A stretch of DNA of 64,000 bases from Macrostomum lignano (Eukaryota). A program made the translations under genes and the position numbers. The DNA is taken from positions 62,001-126,000 of the forward strand of contig NIVC01002485.1 in assembly GCA_002269645.1 (NCBI GenBank). Direction: 5' to 3'. The notes beneath the pieces were generated by a model. That model was not told the origin of the DNA. It saw only the letters and a program-made list of their open reading frames with translations, and searched no databases. Shown in pieces: positions 1-11,864 of this stretch (positions are counted from its first letter, which is position 1; every line of letters starts with the position of its first letter).

Positions 1-200
1 TGAATATCAAGGGTAAAGCTGGTAGATAATCCCCTGAATATCAAGGGTAAATCTGGTAGATAATCCCCTGAATATCAAGGGTAAAGCTGGTAGATTAGCC
101 GCTGAATATCAAGGGTAAAGCTGGTAGATAATCCGCTGAATATCAAGGGTAAAGCTGGTAGATAATCCGCTGAATATAAAGGGTAAGTTTGGTAGCTAAT
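1..200. repeat. 34-bp minisatellite (TGAATATCAAGGGTAAAGCTGGTAGATAATCCCC), runs off the left edge
   Basis: About 5-6 near-identical tandem copies read directly. Confidence 0.9.
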
Positions 201-1151
201 CCACTGATGGTCGATACATATCGGTATGTTGAATATTGTGAACATTCTCCATCATTTCCATTGGCTGCTGTTGTTAAACGAGTGTCCAAAATGCGCACAG
301 TAATGCTGGCTACAATGCCAATTGGGAATAATTATTAATTAAGTTATTCCTATCTCTGTCTTACTAAGACTTTTTGGCCACTATTTGCTACATTTTTAGC
401 CTCTTTGTTCTCTAGCAAATTTAGGCTGAAACTGAGACAAGTATACTGATTACTGTTTTCCTATTGTAGTTAACAGTGTTTTGATGTCGAAATCTAATTT
501 CGAATCGAATGCAGTCTTGAGTTTAAAAATTTTCAATTTAACAATTCTTTCGAGCTCCGCCTGCGACAGCCTATGGCTGGCCGACCTGTCAGCTCGGTGG
601 GGAGCGGCCCGCCATTGGCTGCTGGACAATCGACCCTGGGCCTCTATTCCCCATCCCCATCGCACTCCTGTTTTCATTGACATTATTTAAAGAGAGCCAG
701 CCAATGCTGGACTGACGCGGTGCACTGTTTGATTTTGGCCCGCTGTTTGCCCCACCTGCTAGGCCGTCTTTCTCAATCAACACCTTTATCACACTGCTAA
801 CATTAAGCTGCTGCATCTGGGTGATAAGCTGCTCCACGACAGCTCGAAAACATCTTGACTTTCCCACGCTCTCGAGACTACTTAATCTTGCCCAGATCGC
901 GACAGACTGCTCGGCCCATTGAAGCAGACAGTTCTTCTGAAGCGTAATTGAAGTCGTCGAATATCTTTGGAATCATGGTTCAACGACTGCTGCCTTCCTG
1001 GGTACTGTTCCTGCTGCTCGGTATGTCGAATTTTCATCGGCCTTTTATATTGCACTTTTAGCCTCCGGGAAACATAACCGCATTTTGCCTTGCTACTTTT
1101 TAGGATGCATCTTTGCAGCTCAGGCTTCAACCGCTCGTCACTCTGGAAAAC

Positions 1152-1756
1152 ACAAGAGGATGCTGCGCGATCCCATGCTGGACAAGAGGATGTTGCGTGA
1201 CCCCATGCTCGACAAGAGGATGCTGCGTGACCCCATGCTCGACAAGAGGATGCTGCGTGACCCCATGCTGGACAAGAGGATGCTGCGTGACCCCATGCTC
1301 GACAAGAGGATGCTGCGCGATCCCATGCTGGACAAGAGGATGCTGCGTGACCCCATGCTGGACAAGAGGATGCTGCGCGATCCCATGCTGGACAAGAGGA
1401 TGCTGCGTGATCCCATGCTCGATAAGCGGATGCTGCGTGACCCCATGCTCGACAAGAGGATGCTGCGTGATCCCATGCTCGATAAGCGGATGCTGCGTGA
1501 CCCCATGCTGGACAAGCGGATGCTGCGTGATCCCATGCTCGATAAGCGGATGCTGCGTGACCCCATGCTGGACAAGCGGATGCTGCGTGACCCCATGCTG
1601 GACAAGCGGATGCTGCGTGACCCCATGCTGGACAAGCGGATGCTGCGTGACCCCATGCTGGACAAGCGGATGCTGCGTGACCCCATGCTGGACAAGCGGA
1701 TGCTGCGTGACCCCATGCTGGACAAGCGGATGCTGCGTGACCCCATGCTGGACTAG
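1152..1756 (+). repeat. 30-bp minisatellite (GATGCTGCGTGACCCCATGCTCGACAAGAG), about 20 copies
   Basis: Direct tandem repeat; source of the MLRDPMLDKR ORF; ends ...GGACTAG; same family as 8340-8756. Confidence 0.95.
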
Positions 1757-2227
1757 AAGATTTGTTCTACTCTGATGCGAGCAACTGTTTTGGTCCAGTC
1801 GACACTAAGAATGTACTTTTACTGGCTTTTAGCTTTTAATCGGTTCCATAGATCTCCTGGGATGTTGAGCGAATTAGACACTTTTCGGCCTGAATCGATT
1901 CCCACTCGTTCCTATTTTAAACTGTTTCACACCTGCTGGAAATTACAAAGCTGGCTCTCAGTGCTGTTCGCACTTGTTCTCAGCCAGAGAGTAGCAAATC
2001 GCATATTTTGTTCGAACTTAGATTTTCATTACTGGGCGAGGCTGTTACTGATTATTCGAAGTTAACCCACGCTGATTACGTAAATCTCAGGTGGCGCAAT
2101 GCAAAAAAATATTTTCTTTAAAAGCGTTCCATTTTCACGCCTACTGGTCCAGAGGTGATGGGTTGGAGTACCTACTTCCTGCTAGGGCGGACTCGCTCTG
2201 TACTCGTGGAGTATCTTAAAGCATAAA

Positions 2228-2520
2228 GTCGCTGTAGCCTAGTGGTTAGAACGTCCTACTAGCGACTGAAAGGTCGGGAGTTCGATTTTCGACCCACTCG
2301 GAAAAATTTGTGTTCTTGAGCAAGACACTTAACTCTGCATTGCTTCAGTTCACCCAGCTGTAAAATGGGTGCCAGCATTAGCTGGGGTAATTGAGGGTGT
2401 GTGGCGACTACCCAGTCCTTGGACTGAACAGCCGTACGCAGCCTTCAGATGAGCTGCCAGTTGAGCTGTCGGTTGCTCATCTGGCCATCAGGGCAGTTGT
2501 AATCAATTATTATTATTAAT
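2228..2520 (+). mobile_element. tRNA-derived SINE family A (CORE-like), copy 1
   Basis: A-box TAGCCTAGTGG, B-box GAGTTCGATT, central GTGTTCTTGAGCAAGACACTTAAC...CTGTAAAATGGG resembling the MIR/CORE domain, (ATT)n tail; 3 more copies in the window. Confidence 0.85.
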
Positions 2521-2824
2521 ATTTTAGATCATGGAAGTGTTCAGGTTTCAGCGCAGAATAACTTTCCATTCTTCAACGCACACTTTCTACAAATAATGCA
2601 TGCCTTGAAGGAAACTTTGGCTTGCGGATGTGAAGCAACGAGAAACACGCAAGATTTTTATCAGGAAAATTACATATCTGCGTATCTACATGTACGAGTA
2701 ATAAGACTGCTAAACTTGGTTATTGCCACTGAATATTGAATCTGGTTATTGCTATTTTTTTGTTAACCAACATTTAGCGAATCGTCTAACTTTAAAATGA
2801 GCTTCTGGAAATGTTACTGCAATA

Positions 2825-4410
2825 CAACAACAACAACAAAATACGTTGTCAATCAGTTAGCAGACAACGTCACAAGGCGCGTTTCAAGGCCTGGGCGCGA
2901 ACGTAGGCTGCACCGCCGGCAGTGTCCGGGGCGCCTGCATCAGCCAGCAGGCAGTCGACGAAACGCCGAGTGCGCGCGCCTGCCCCCGCCGGTAGGGTGC
3001 CTGCAGCGTCAGCAGCAGCACCTGCACCAGCTGTGGGCAGTACGACTCTGCTCGGATGAAATGGCTTGCTAGCTGGAGTCGCCCACGGCGCAACAGTTCG
3101 CTGGGGCGGGACAGGCCAGTGCGGCGATAGAGTGCCGCATTGGTGACTCGCTCGTAGCCTGTCTTAAAGGCGGCGCGCAGCCGGCCAGCGTGCGCCGCAT
3201 CGACCAGCTGTTCGAGCGAGTCCGTCAGCGTCCAGGTCTCGGCGTTGTACAACAGGACGGTCTCGATCACCGCCTGGAACAACGCCGCCCTCTGGCGGTC
3301 GGGCAGGGCCTCGGACTGCAGGACAACCCTCACGGAACGGAAGGCAGCCCAGGCAAGTCCACGGCGACGTCTCAGATCCTTGCGAACGTCAGGCACCAGA
3401 CCACCGAGGTAGACGAACTGCTGACAGCACGGAAGCTTCGTCACCTGCCCGTCCGCGCCTCGGCAGAAAATTGCAGCCTCGGTGTCGTCCGGCACGCATA
3501 GCACGACGGTCTTCTGCGTGTTGACCACCAGGCCGACACTCGCCGCAACGCTCACCAGCCGGTCCAGCTGGCGTTGGGCGCCCTCGACGGTCGATGACAG
3601 CAGGGCGAGATCATCGGCGTAGCCCAGAATGCTAAGCCGCCTTTCCGGTTGACGTCGACCCACGCGTCGCTGCAACAGGAAGCCGTCGTGGGACAAACAA
3701 GAACGGCGCAAGCGTATTTCCCTGAAGCACCCCAGAGGATGTCTCAAAGAAATCCGACAGGCCGTCCGATTTCAGCACAGCAGCGTTCCTGCCGTGATAC
3801 AGCGCCATGACGGCGGAGATCAGCTGCTCTGGCACGTTGTACGCACGAAGCACCATTGGGAGCACGGCCCTCACGACCGAGTCGAAAGCCTTCCTGAATT
3901 CAACAAAGAGAGAAATCAGGCTTGACTGGCGGGTCCGCGCTTCCTCGATGACTCGGCGAAGAGCCAGGATCTGCCCCATTGTGCCACGATGGGGCCGGAA
4001 CCCGTTCTGCTCAGGCCGCAAGTACGGATCCAGCACGGGCTGCAACCGCGATAGCAGCATCCGGTTGAACAGCTTCACAGCACAGGACTGCAGGCAGATA
4101 TACCTCTGTGCTCCTCAAGCCGCGTGGTGCACGGCTTCTTCGGAATAGCGACGATGTGTGCCGTGGTCCATTCGTTGGGTGCCGCCACACCGCAAAGCAC
4201 GCGGTTCATCAAACTGGCGACCTCGCTGGCCACACAGTGGAGTCGCAGCGCCTCGATGGGCACCTCGTCGGGACCCAGCGCTTTCCCGCCCGGTGACTGT
4301 TGGGCGAGCCTCACAACGTCGGCTGTGCTGACTGGGGCTGCATTAAAACTCTCCTCTGCCGGCAACGGTGTCTCCGGCGGCAGCCTCAGATCGTTTGGAA
4401 TCGTTTGGAA
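2825..4410 (-). mobile_element. 5'-truncated, frameshifted RTE-clade non-LTR retrotransposon (RT domain)
   Basis: RT motifs KALGPDEVP, EQNGFRP, FRKAFDSV, GVLQGNTLAPFLF, YADD, LYNAETWTL across three ORFs; (GTT)n tail at 2825-2840; perfect 10-bp TSD TACTGCAATA at 2815-2824 and 4411-4420. Confidence 0.93.
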
Positions 4411-7125
4411 TACTGCAATAATGGCTTAAATAACGCAGGTGTCCCGTTGGACACGAAGTAAATGGGTACAGAGTAGCTAAAACTTTTTTCGGACACACTT
4501 GAAACTCTTTAAAGAAACTCTTGCAATGAAATAGGCCTAGTGCTTTGCGGAGTTTCATCCGTCTACTGGAGCAGCCTTCGAAGGATTTTGGTACTGAGAG
4601 AGCCACTGTGTCGCAGAAGTGTGCAACAATATAACGCCTCAGGGAAAGGTAAAAAGGAGGTTAATATCCCCTCTGACATCCTTGTGAGCTTTGTGAGTCA
4701 GATTTGCGAGTCAATTGAGCTGCACAACAAGCCGTCCTGTCCATTCTGCTGACCCCTGAGCGCGGACAGACTCGCTCACACAGAAGTACAGCGTGGCCCT
4801 GACTTTCTAATCGTCGGGTACAGCATGTACACGCTCGATCTGTGCCTTGGTTGTTGGCCCTCGTGGGCGAGAATGGCGCAAGCCCAGATTAATCTTCGTG
4901 CACGAGCTTATTCTTGTAAGACTGCATCTGGTAGGTGGCAGCTGAGACGAAGTTTCAGAAAAACTCGCGAAAAAACTAAGCTACTGTATGCACATGACAG
5001 CTTCGAATTCATCGACAAACTTCTTCTCAAATATTTGCTTAGCTTAAATGCAGGCAATTTCAGTAGCTGGCCAATTTGCAAGATTCCCAGTACTTTGTTT
5101 AGCTAAAATCGCCGAGAAATCTTGTGGCGGCGCAGTGTGTTGCTTCTGCGGGATTTGCGTTCTTCAGCAATGCCTGATTGGCTTCATTAATTATTTATTA
5201 GCCATTCGCATGCTGAGGTTACCTGTAGGCAGAAGAAAATTGGCTTGAATTTTTGGTTCAGGAAGCTGACTGACATTGCAGCTGTTAGCGTAGCTGTTTC
5301 GTCATATCTATACATATACGATACACTATATTATCCATGTAAACTGACTCATGAAAATTATGCTACTCAACTTCTTGACACCATGAGCACAGCTTTTGTC
5401 GTGCTATGAGGTGCCAATTTCAAGCGTTTGAGTTTAAATGTAACTCGAGAAAGCAAGACAAGTCCATTGGTCATGCTTCAGGAAAAAAAGGAACGATTTG
5501 AGTTTTATTTTACAGACAGACTAAAAAACAGACATTGATTGAAATTTACATACGCCATTGCGTAGCACATACGCTAACGCAGAGCGTTCACACTTCGCGA
5601 TGTCAAACTTGAATGGATCCATTCGCGTCGATGAAGTCATTCAGTCGCTCTACTGAGCTCCTCTCTTGACACTCGGAACTGGCCACGCAACACTCCTTGT
5701 TCAACTGTTCCAATGTGACACACTTGATCAACATCCTCGAGAGAAAGTGCTTCAGCAGCTTTCTTCAAGTCTAAATCATCTATGTACTTCTCGATCTCGG
5801 CGCCAGTAAGTCCACTTATCATTCCTCCAGGGAAAGCGTCCCAATGAAGAAGCCGGGTCGTAGTCATTTTACAGCTCGTCAGTCAACTGAGAAGTCCTTT
5901 CTCCATTCCTGAATTCACTATCTGTATAGCACTGTTTCGTAAGACAGTCTATGGTAGTCTGGTAAAAATGAAACAGTATGAATCATTTACGACTCGTAGT
6001 TTATACCATAGACATCAGTATATACATACACTTTTCTGAATATTCAATTTTAGCGAGCTTATGTGGGGGCTCCGCCCCCGGAACGGCGCTGAACACTACC
6101 ATAGACAAAACGCAAAATAAGAAAATCTTAAGGAGGCATTGATGCACGAACAGAAAACACAATGTACCAGTAACTAAAGCACGGCTTGGTCGTGTAGCCA
6201 CGCCCATAGACACTCGTGCGCGCGACTCCCAGCCGTGCTTTAGTGCCTCATTAATCGAAATTTCCCATCACGGTAATAACCTCTGCCTAATGGCTGGTCA
6301 TTAACTGACAATCCGGTTTCGATCATAGACAATGCAATCAATGTAGTTAACATGAAGCGAATTTTAAGTTAATCGCCAAATTGCCACTCGTGCGCTATGC
6401 ACACTTATGACCTTGATCTTGAAACTTAAAATCTCGCTTCTTATTAACCTTCCATTGACCATTAAATGAAGCATATTTTAAATCACAGATTGAAAGCATC
6501 AAATTTTAGAGAAGATCAGCTCCTAAAACGAGATTTTCTTAAAATCGTGTCCCGATGGTCTCTGGGATCTCTAAATTACGTGGATAATTCGATGAGACAA
6601 AAGTAAACACGCATCTCGAATTTAGTTTAATGTCCAGTTTAAACCAGACAGTCAGTTGAATGAAGTCATTTTGGTAAATTACTTCACAAACGCGTCATCT
6701 TCAATAGACTGTTCCTCGATTTGCTGTTCCATTTATGCGCTCCTCGCGCCGGTTTGCCGTTGAAGAAGGGCATCAACTTGTGACCTCTCGACAATCAAGA
6801 TATGGTTACTCCAGACAGTTTCTTGGCTGCATGATGGTACTGTAGCTCGTGTGATATCTGTTCCTCTCCAGATTTTTAAACCCTCTTATGTGTGTAAAAT
6901 GTAACCCTAACCCAAACCGAGGAATCTTTCAAACCTCCTCTTCATTCATATTAAGCATCAGCATGAAGACAATGGATGTCCATAGCCAAAATAGAGAGAG
7001 GCTTTTGAGTTTGTATATCAATAATTAGAGTATCACAAATTGTTTTTTTACGTGTTGTTAACGTCTATGGCACGAGTGCGCGTAGCGAGGAGACCGAACT
7101 AGAGGCGTTGACAAGGAGTTCTATA

Positions 7126-7290
7126 ATTAGCAACCTGGAGTGGAAACGAGTTTTTCAGTTTTATCTCATGAGGCCAGACTAGCATAGACAGAGTCAGACA
7201 GAGCCATCGACATTCAGTGCTGGCTCCTTATTCTTTACAATTACGTGGCCTCATGTGGTAAAACTCGTTTCCGCTCCAGATTGCTAATTG
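7126..7290. mobile_element. MITE-like long imperfect inverted repeat
   Basis: AATTAGCAACCTGGAGTGGAAACGAGTTTT...CATGAGGCCA mirrored by TGGCCTCATGTGGTAAAACTCGTTTCCGCTCCAGATTGCTAATT. Confidence 0.65.
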
Positions 7291-7818
7291 TCAATCCATC
7301 ATTATCGATTTTTCAGTGAATGCTCGCTGGTATGGGCATGGGGGTGTGGGGGCGAAGCCCTCGCATTTCAACCATAGACATAATGATTCAGTGAGAAACT
7401 ATACAGTTCAACTATAGAGAAAGAATAAAGGAAAAAATCCATCATCGGCGCGACTTTTCGGGCCAAAATGAAATCGTCTATGGCAATAATCGAATATCAG
7501 CCCGCCCGATAGCCACGTAGTCATGGTACAATTTGTCTACTTTGCTCGTATTAGCGTCTATGGCTTCGGCAGTGCCATAGATATAGAAGTCGACCAACAG
7601 TACAGAACCGCTGCTCTAAAGCGACTATAAAAGCGAGAGGGCGCTTTGTCTGGTCCGTGCCTCACAACATTTTTTAACCACCGATTCAATCAGTTGATAA
7701 TAACTGTTAAGCCAATTAGTAAACTATATTCGTTCGGTTTAACTATCCATTTAGACAGACGATCATGGCTCATCAGCCACTACAAAATTGCCTGTTGTCG
7801 CTTTTGCTAATTGGTAAG

Positions 7819-8177
7819 GGGGGCCGTAGCCCAGCGGTAGCGCAGCTGCTCTGGTGTGCCGCAACCCAGGCTCGATTCCAAGTGCAGCCACATTAATTTG
7901 GGGCTGGATTGGAATCTTGGCTTGGTTCGCTTGTGCAATTAACGGCCTTGAGAGCCAACCCCCCCAAGGCGCAGTGAAGTGTACATGCCTAACAATTGAT
8001 AAAGTTAGGGCCGCTGTACACTCCTGTGTGAGTGTGTGCCTGCGTAACGTATCCGCGCGCTTGTATGCCTGCTCAGGGGAGTCGGCGGAATGGGCAGTAA
8101 TGCCTCTCGCCGGTTGTGTGACAATGTCGCTTAAATTGCGCCAGGGTGCACACAACCCCCCTGCCTGTAATAAAAAA
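7819..8177 (+). mobile_element. tRNA-derived SINE family B, full length
   Basis: A-box TAGCCCAGCGGTAG, B-box GGCTCGATTCC, TAATAAAAAA tail, perfect 15-bp TSD TTGCTAATTGGTAAG at 7804-7818 and 8178-8192. Confidence 0.85.
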
Positions 8178-8339
8178 TTGCTAATTGGTAAGCCTTTGTC
8201 CTTATTTATATCAATCTACTTATTGTAAATTGTATCAGCTACATTTTGATGCCTGTTTGATGCCCGGTAGCTAATAAAAAAATGCGACACTCCGTATTCC
8301 TCTAGGCGCCTTTTTACTATCGACTTCTAACGCGATGCC

Positions 8340-8756
8340 GATGCTGCGTGACCCCATGCTCGACAAAAGGATGCTGCGTGACCCCTTGCTGGACAAGAGG
8401 ATGCTGCGTGATCCCATGCTCGACAAGAGGATGCTGCGTGACCCCTTGCTGGACAAAAGGATGCTGCGTGATCCCATGCTCGACAAGAGGATGCTGCGTG
8501 ACCCCATGCTCGACAAGAGGATGCTGCGTGACCCCTTGCTGGACAAGAGGATGCTGCGTGATCCCATGCTCGACAAGAGGATGCTGCGTGACCCCTTGCT
8601 GGACAAGAGGATGCTGCGCGATCCCATGCTCGACAAGAGGATGCTGCGTGACCCCATGCTCGACAAGAGGATGCTGCGTGACCCCTTGCTCGACAAGAGG
8701 ATGCTGCGTGGCCCTCGCTCGACATGAAGATGCTGCGTGACCCCATGCTTGACTAG
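8340..8756 (+). repeat. 30-bp minisatellite, second locus of the 1152-1756 family, about 14 copies
   Basis: Same unit; also ends ...TGACTAG. Confidence 0.95.
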
Positions 8757-11132
8757 AGCTCGACAACTTAGAAGGAAGCCATCTTAGACAGGATCTTATG
8801 ATTATGAAAAGCGAATGCTTAGCCTGTTGACTGAACTAATTTAACAGGACTGTTACGACAATTAAAAGCATAAAAGAAAACTGTTTATTCGGTACCAAGT
8901 TAAACTAAAAATACACCAGTCACTTTGTTTGCATTGCGCATGTTCAGAATATAAGTGCTTAATGTCTTAAAAACTATAATTAAAGCGTATGACTATATCC
9001 CACTCGGCTAGTTTACTTAAACTTGACAGACTTTCCACAACTTGAAACAATATGCAGACAAGCCTGAATAGGCCCAAGTTAATGTAATTAGAAACCAGTA
9101 AAGGTGTGACGGATAAATAAATGTACCAACATATGAACATCATGTACCTTAACTTGCAGTAAGTAGCCCACGCTTATGAAAACTAAGTTCAAGTGCTCGG
9201 TAGAGATGTCTATGGTCAAAAGGCTACTACTTACTGATTTGTTGCAAAGCCGCAGACTGGCAAATCTATGGGCCTAATAGCGCGTGTAGCTACTGTACTG
9301 TCTGACCCAATTTCGAGGCTATATTCGGCATTCTTTCTGGTGTGCGCGTTGAAGCATGATTGAAACACGGCAGCCCGCTCGCTATGGGTGTCTATGGTTT
9401 TGTCCAGTGGTCCTTGTCGAGATATCGCCCCACTTTATGCTAGGATTTGCAAATGCAGAAAAACAATGAAACACTTTGCTAAATAAGTTTTCCAATTGCA
9501 ATGGTGAACTTGAAAACCGCAGCTTCAGAGCTGAGATGCAACTGCTGAGCTTTCTTCGATTCAATCGATTTTGCTAGATGATGAAGTCCGATAGATTCTG
9601 CGGTGAGAGATACTTCTTAAACCGATTTTGTGATTCAAGTATTCGAGACAGGCGCCAATAATGGAAACAGGAAAATTGCATTAATGGAAAACTATGAGCA
9701 GGCAGGAACCAGCCTTGTTTATTCAGCTTCTGCACAGATTTTTCATCTTTTTTTCAAGACTCGACACCGTTGTTGTGAGTGCAGCTTTTCACTGCGCATT
9801 GCAGTGCTTAGCTCCTGCATATATTGATTATCACTCGCAGTGTGAAACTGACGCAGCTGAATTGCGGAGTCCGGGGACATTTCAAGGACATATCACAAGT
9901 TGATTCGTTACGGGTGAGTCGAAACAGACACCTCAAAGAAATGCAAGTGGATGCGCACATTGCACCAAGGGCTACCATAGACTGTCTGAATTGAATGTGA
10001 AAATAGTTCGACTTTGACTGCACTTTTAACAAAATAGATTGGAAAAAGGTGTAGTAGCTAGCCACGTTTAAGGGGGGACAGGAACAAAAAAACAAACTTG
10101 GGCTTCTTGAACTTTTTGAAGATAAATTAGTTGCAGTTTTTATAGGATCATAATTTCATCTCTATAGAGATTTTTGATGGTGCTGACTTCAAATTTAAGC
10201 TTCATTTTGATGAACCTTCAACCCAAATATATGTATAGCTTAAAGTCAACCACCAGGGCATCGGGAACGGGGGTGTTAGATAGGGAGATTCTAAATGGGC
10301 ATTGATTTTATATATCGAAACTTCAATAGAGCCATTGATACTCTAGGGACGTGCCCTGGCCAAGCAAGAAGTCAGAAGATTCCCAAAATTTCTGAACTTA
10401 TTAACAATGTTCTACTTTTTTCTTAGAACTAAGAATTACTATCATTCATTGACTTGCCTTTGTTTCTAAAAATGTCTTATTCTAATAAAATTCGGCAATT
10501 CAAAAGCATTTTATCTACTTAAAGCTTAAGAACTCCCAAACTTGCAAACCTTTACAAGCCTGCAATGATGGTTTAGGGGTCGGCACCTCAAAGGCCAGAT
10601 ACAGAGAACCTATAGCGGACAGAGGGGAGAGCAGAGGGAATAGAGAAGAGAGAGGAGACTAGAGAGAAGAGAGCTGAGAAGAGACGAAGAGACACAAACC
10701 TTAGGCGGGCCCTTGTGAAGTTTAAAAAGACCCGAGGGCCGGAGTTCGCCGATCCGTGCACTACATGTAATAGTAATTGAATCGTCCTCCAGCTTAGTTG
10801 TCCATGAAAATATCATTCAGACCCATTCGTGGCGGATTCAAACCTGATGCCCTTTAGTAATGTATTGAATTATTTCATGCCGTGCAACTAAAATCGATTC
10901 GGCCTGATTTCACGGATCAAAGATCGGCCCAGCTGTCAGCTGCACGCTGCAGTGATCGCCCTGGTCTTGAGTGTTGCACGCCTATTCGATAATGACTACG
11001 CATTTATGGACTCGCAAGGTTTGTGGGCTATTTTTATCGATAGTTAATGCGGGCGATCCCTCAGCAATGAGTCTTGATGGAATTGAAAGCTTGAGAATTG
11101 ATTAATAACAAATTCTAAACACAGTATACGCA

Positions 11133-11864
11133 CTGATTCTCCATGTGCCACTCCCCCACCCTCTGACTCTCCATGTGACACTCCCCGCCCTGACTCGACG
11201 ATCTCCATGTGATACTCCCACCCTCTGACTCTCCGTGTGCCACTCCCCCACCCTCTGACTCTCCATGTGCCACTCCCCCACCCTCTGACTCTCCATGTGA
11301 CACTCCCCCATCCTGTGACTCTCCATGTGCCACTCCCCACCCTCTGACTCTCCATGTGCCACCCCCACCCTCTGACTCTCCATGTGACACTCCCCCACCC
11401 TCTGACTCTCCATGTGCCACTCCCCCACCCTCTGACTCTCCATGTGCCACTCCCCCACCCTCTGACTCTTCATGTGCCACTCCCCCACCCTCTGATTCTC
11501 CATGTGACACTCCCCACCCTGACTCGACGATCTCCATGTGATACTCCCACCCTCTGACTCTCCATGTGACACTCCCCCACCCTCTGACTCTCCATGTGAC
11601 ACTGCCACCCTCTGACTCTCCATGTGCCACTCCCCACCCTCTTGACTCTCCATGTGCCACTCCCCACCCTGACTCTCCATGTGCCACTCCCCACCCTGAC
11701 TCTCCATGTGCCACTCCCCACCCTCTGACTCTCCATGTGTCACTCTCCACCCTGACTCTCCATGTGCCACTCCCCACCCTCTGACTCTCCATGTGTCACT
11801 CTCCACCCTGACTCTCCATGTGCCACTTCCCACCTTCTTGACTCTGCATGTGACACTGCCACCT
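11133..11864. repeat. About 26-30-bp minisatellite (CCCTCTGACTCTCCATGTGCCACTCCCCCA)
   Basis: Direct tandem repeat with length variants. Confidence 0.9.

Larger units (their letters stand above)
5942..9987. mobile_element. Cluster of non-autonomous DNA-transposon/MITE-like remnants with CATAGAC / GTCTATG termini
   Basis: 13 exact CATAGAC or GTCTATG 7-mers in about 4 kb; 16-bp perfect inverted repeat AGACAGTCTATGGTAG at 5942-5957 and 9972-9987; no matching TSD found. Confidence 0.5.

Noticed and set aside
1085-1775. Cys-rich or MLRDPMLDKR repeat proteins (also 8271-8766)
   Set aside because: 30-bp minisatellite, open in multiple frames on both strands
2228-2300. tRNA genes at the SINE heads (also 7819, 30884, 35920, 51697, 51805)
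   Set aside because: Acceptor and anticodon stems do not pair; they are followed by SINE bodies
6900-6915. TAACCCTAACCC telomere-like sequence
   Set aside because: Only two units; compatible with chance
10253-10360. CCAGGGCA...TGCCCTGG possible hAT-type MITE
   Set aside because: Only 8 bp of inverted match and no TSD
10560-10820. Possible small minus-strand exons (DDSITITCSARIGELRPSG...)
   Set aside because: No recognisable homology and no consistent exon chain
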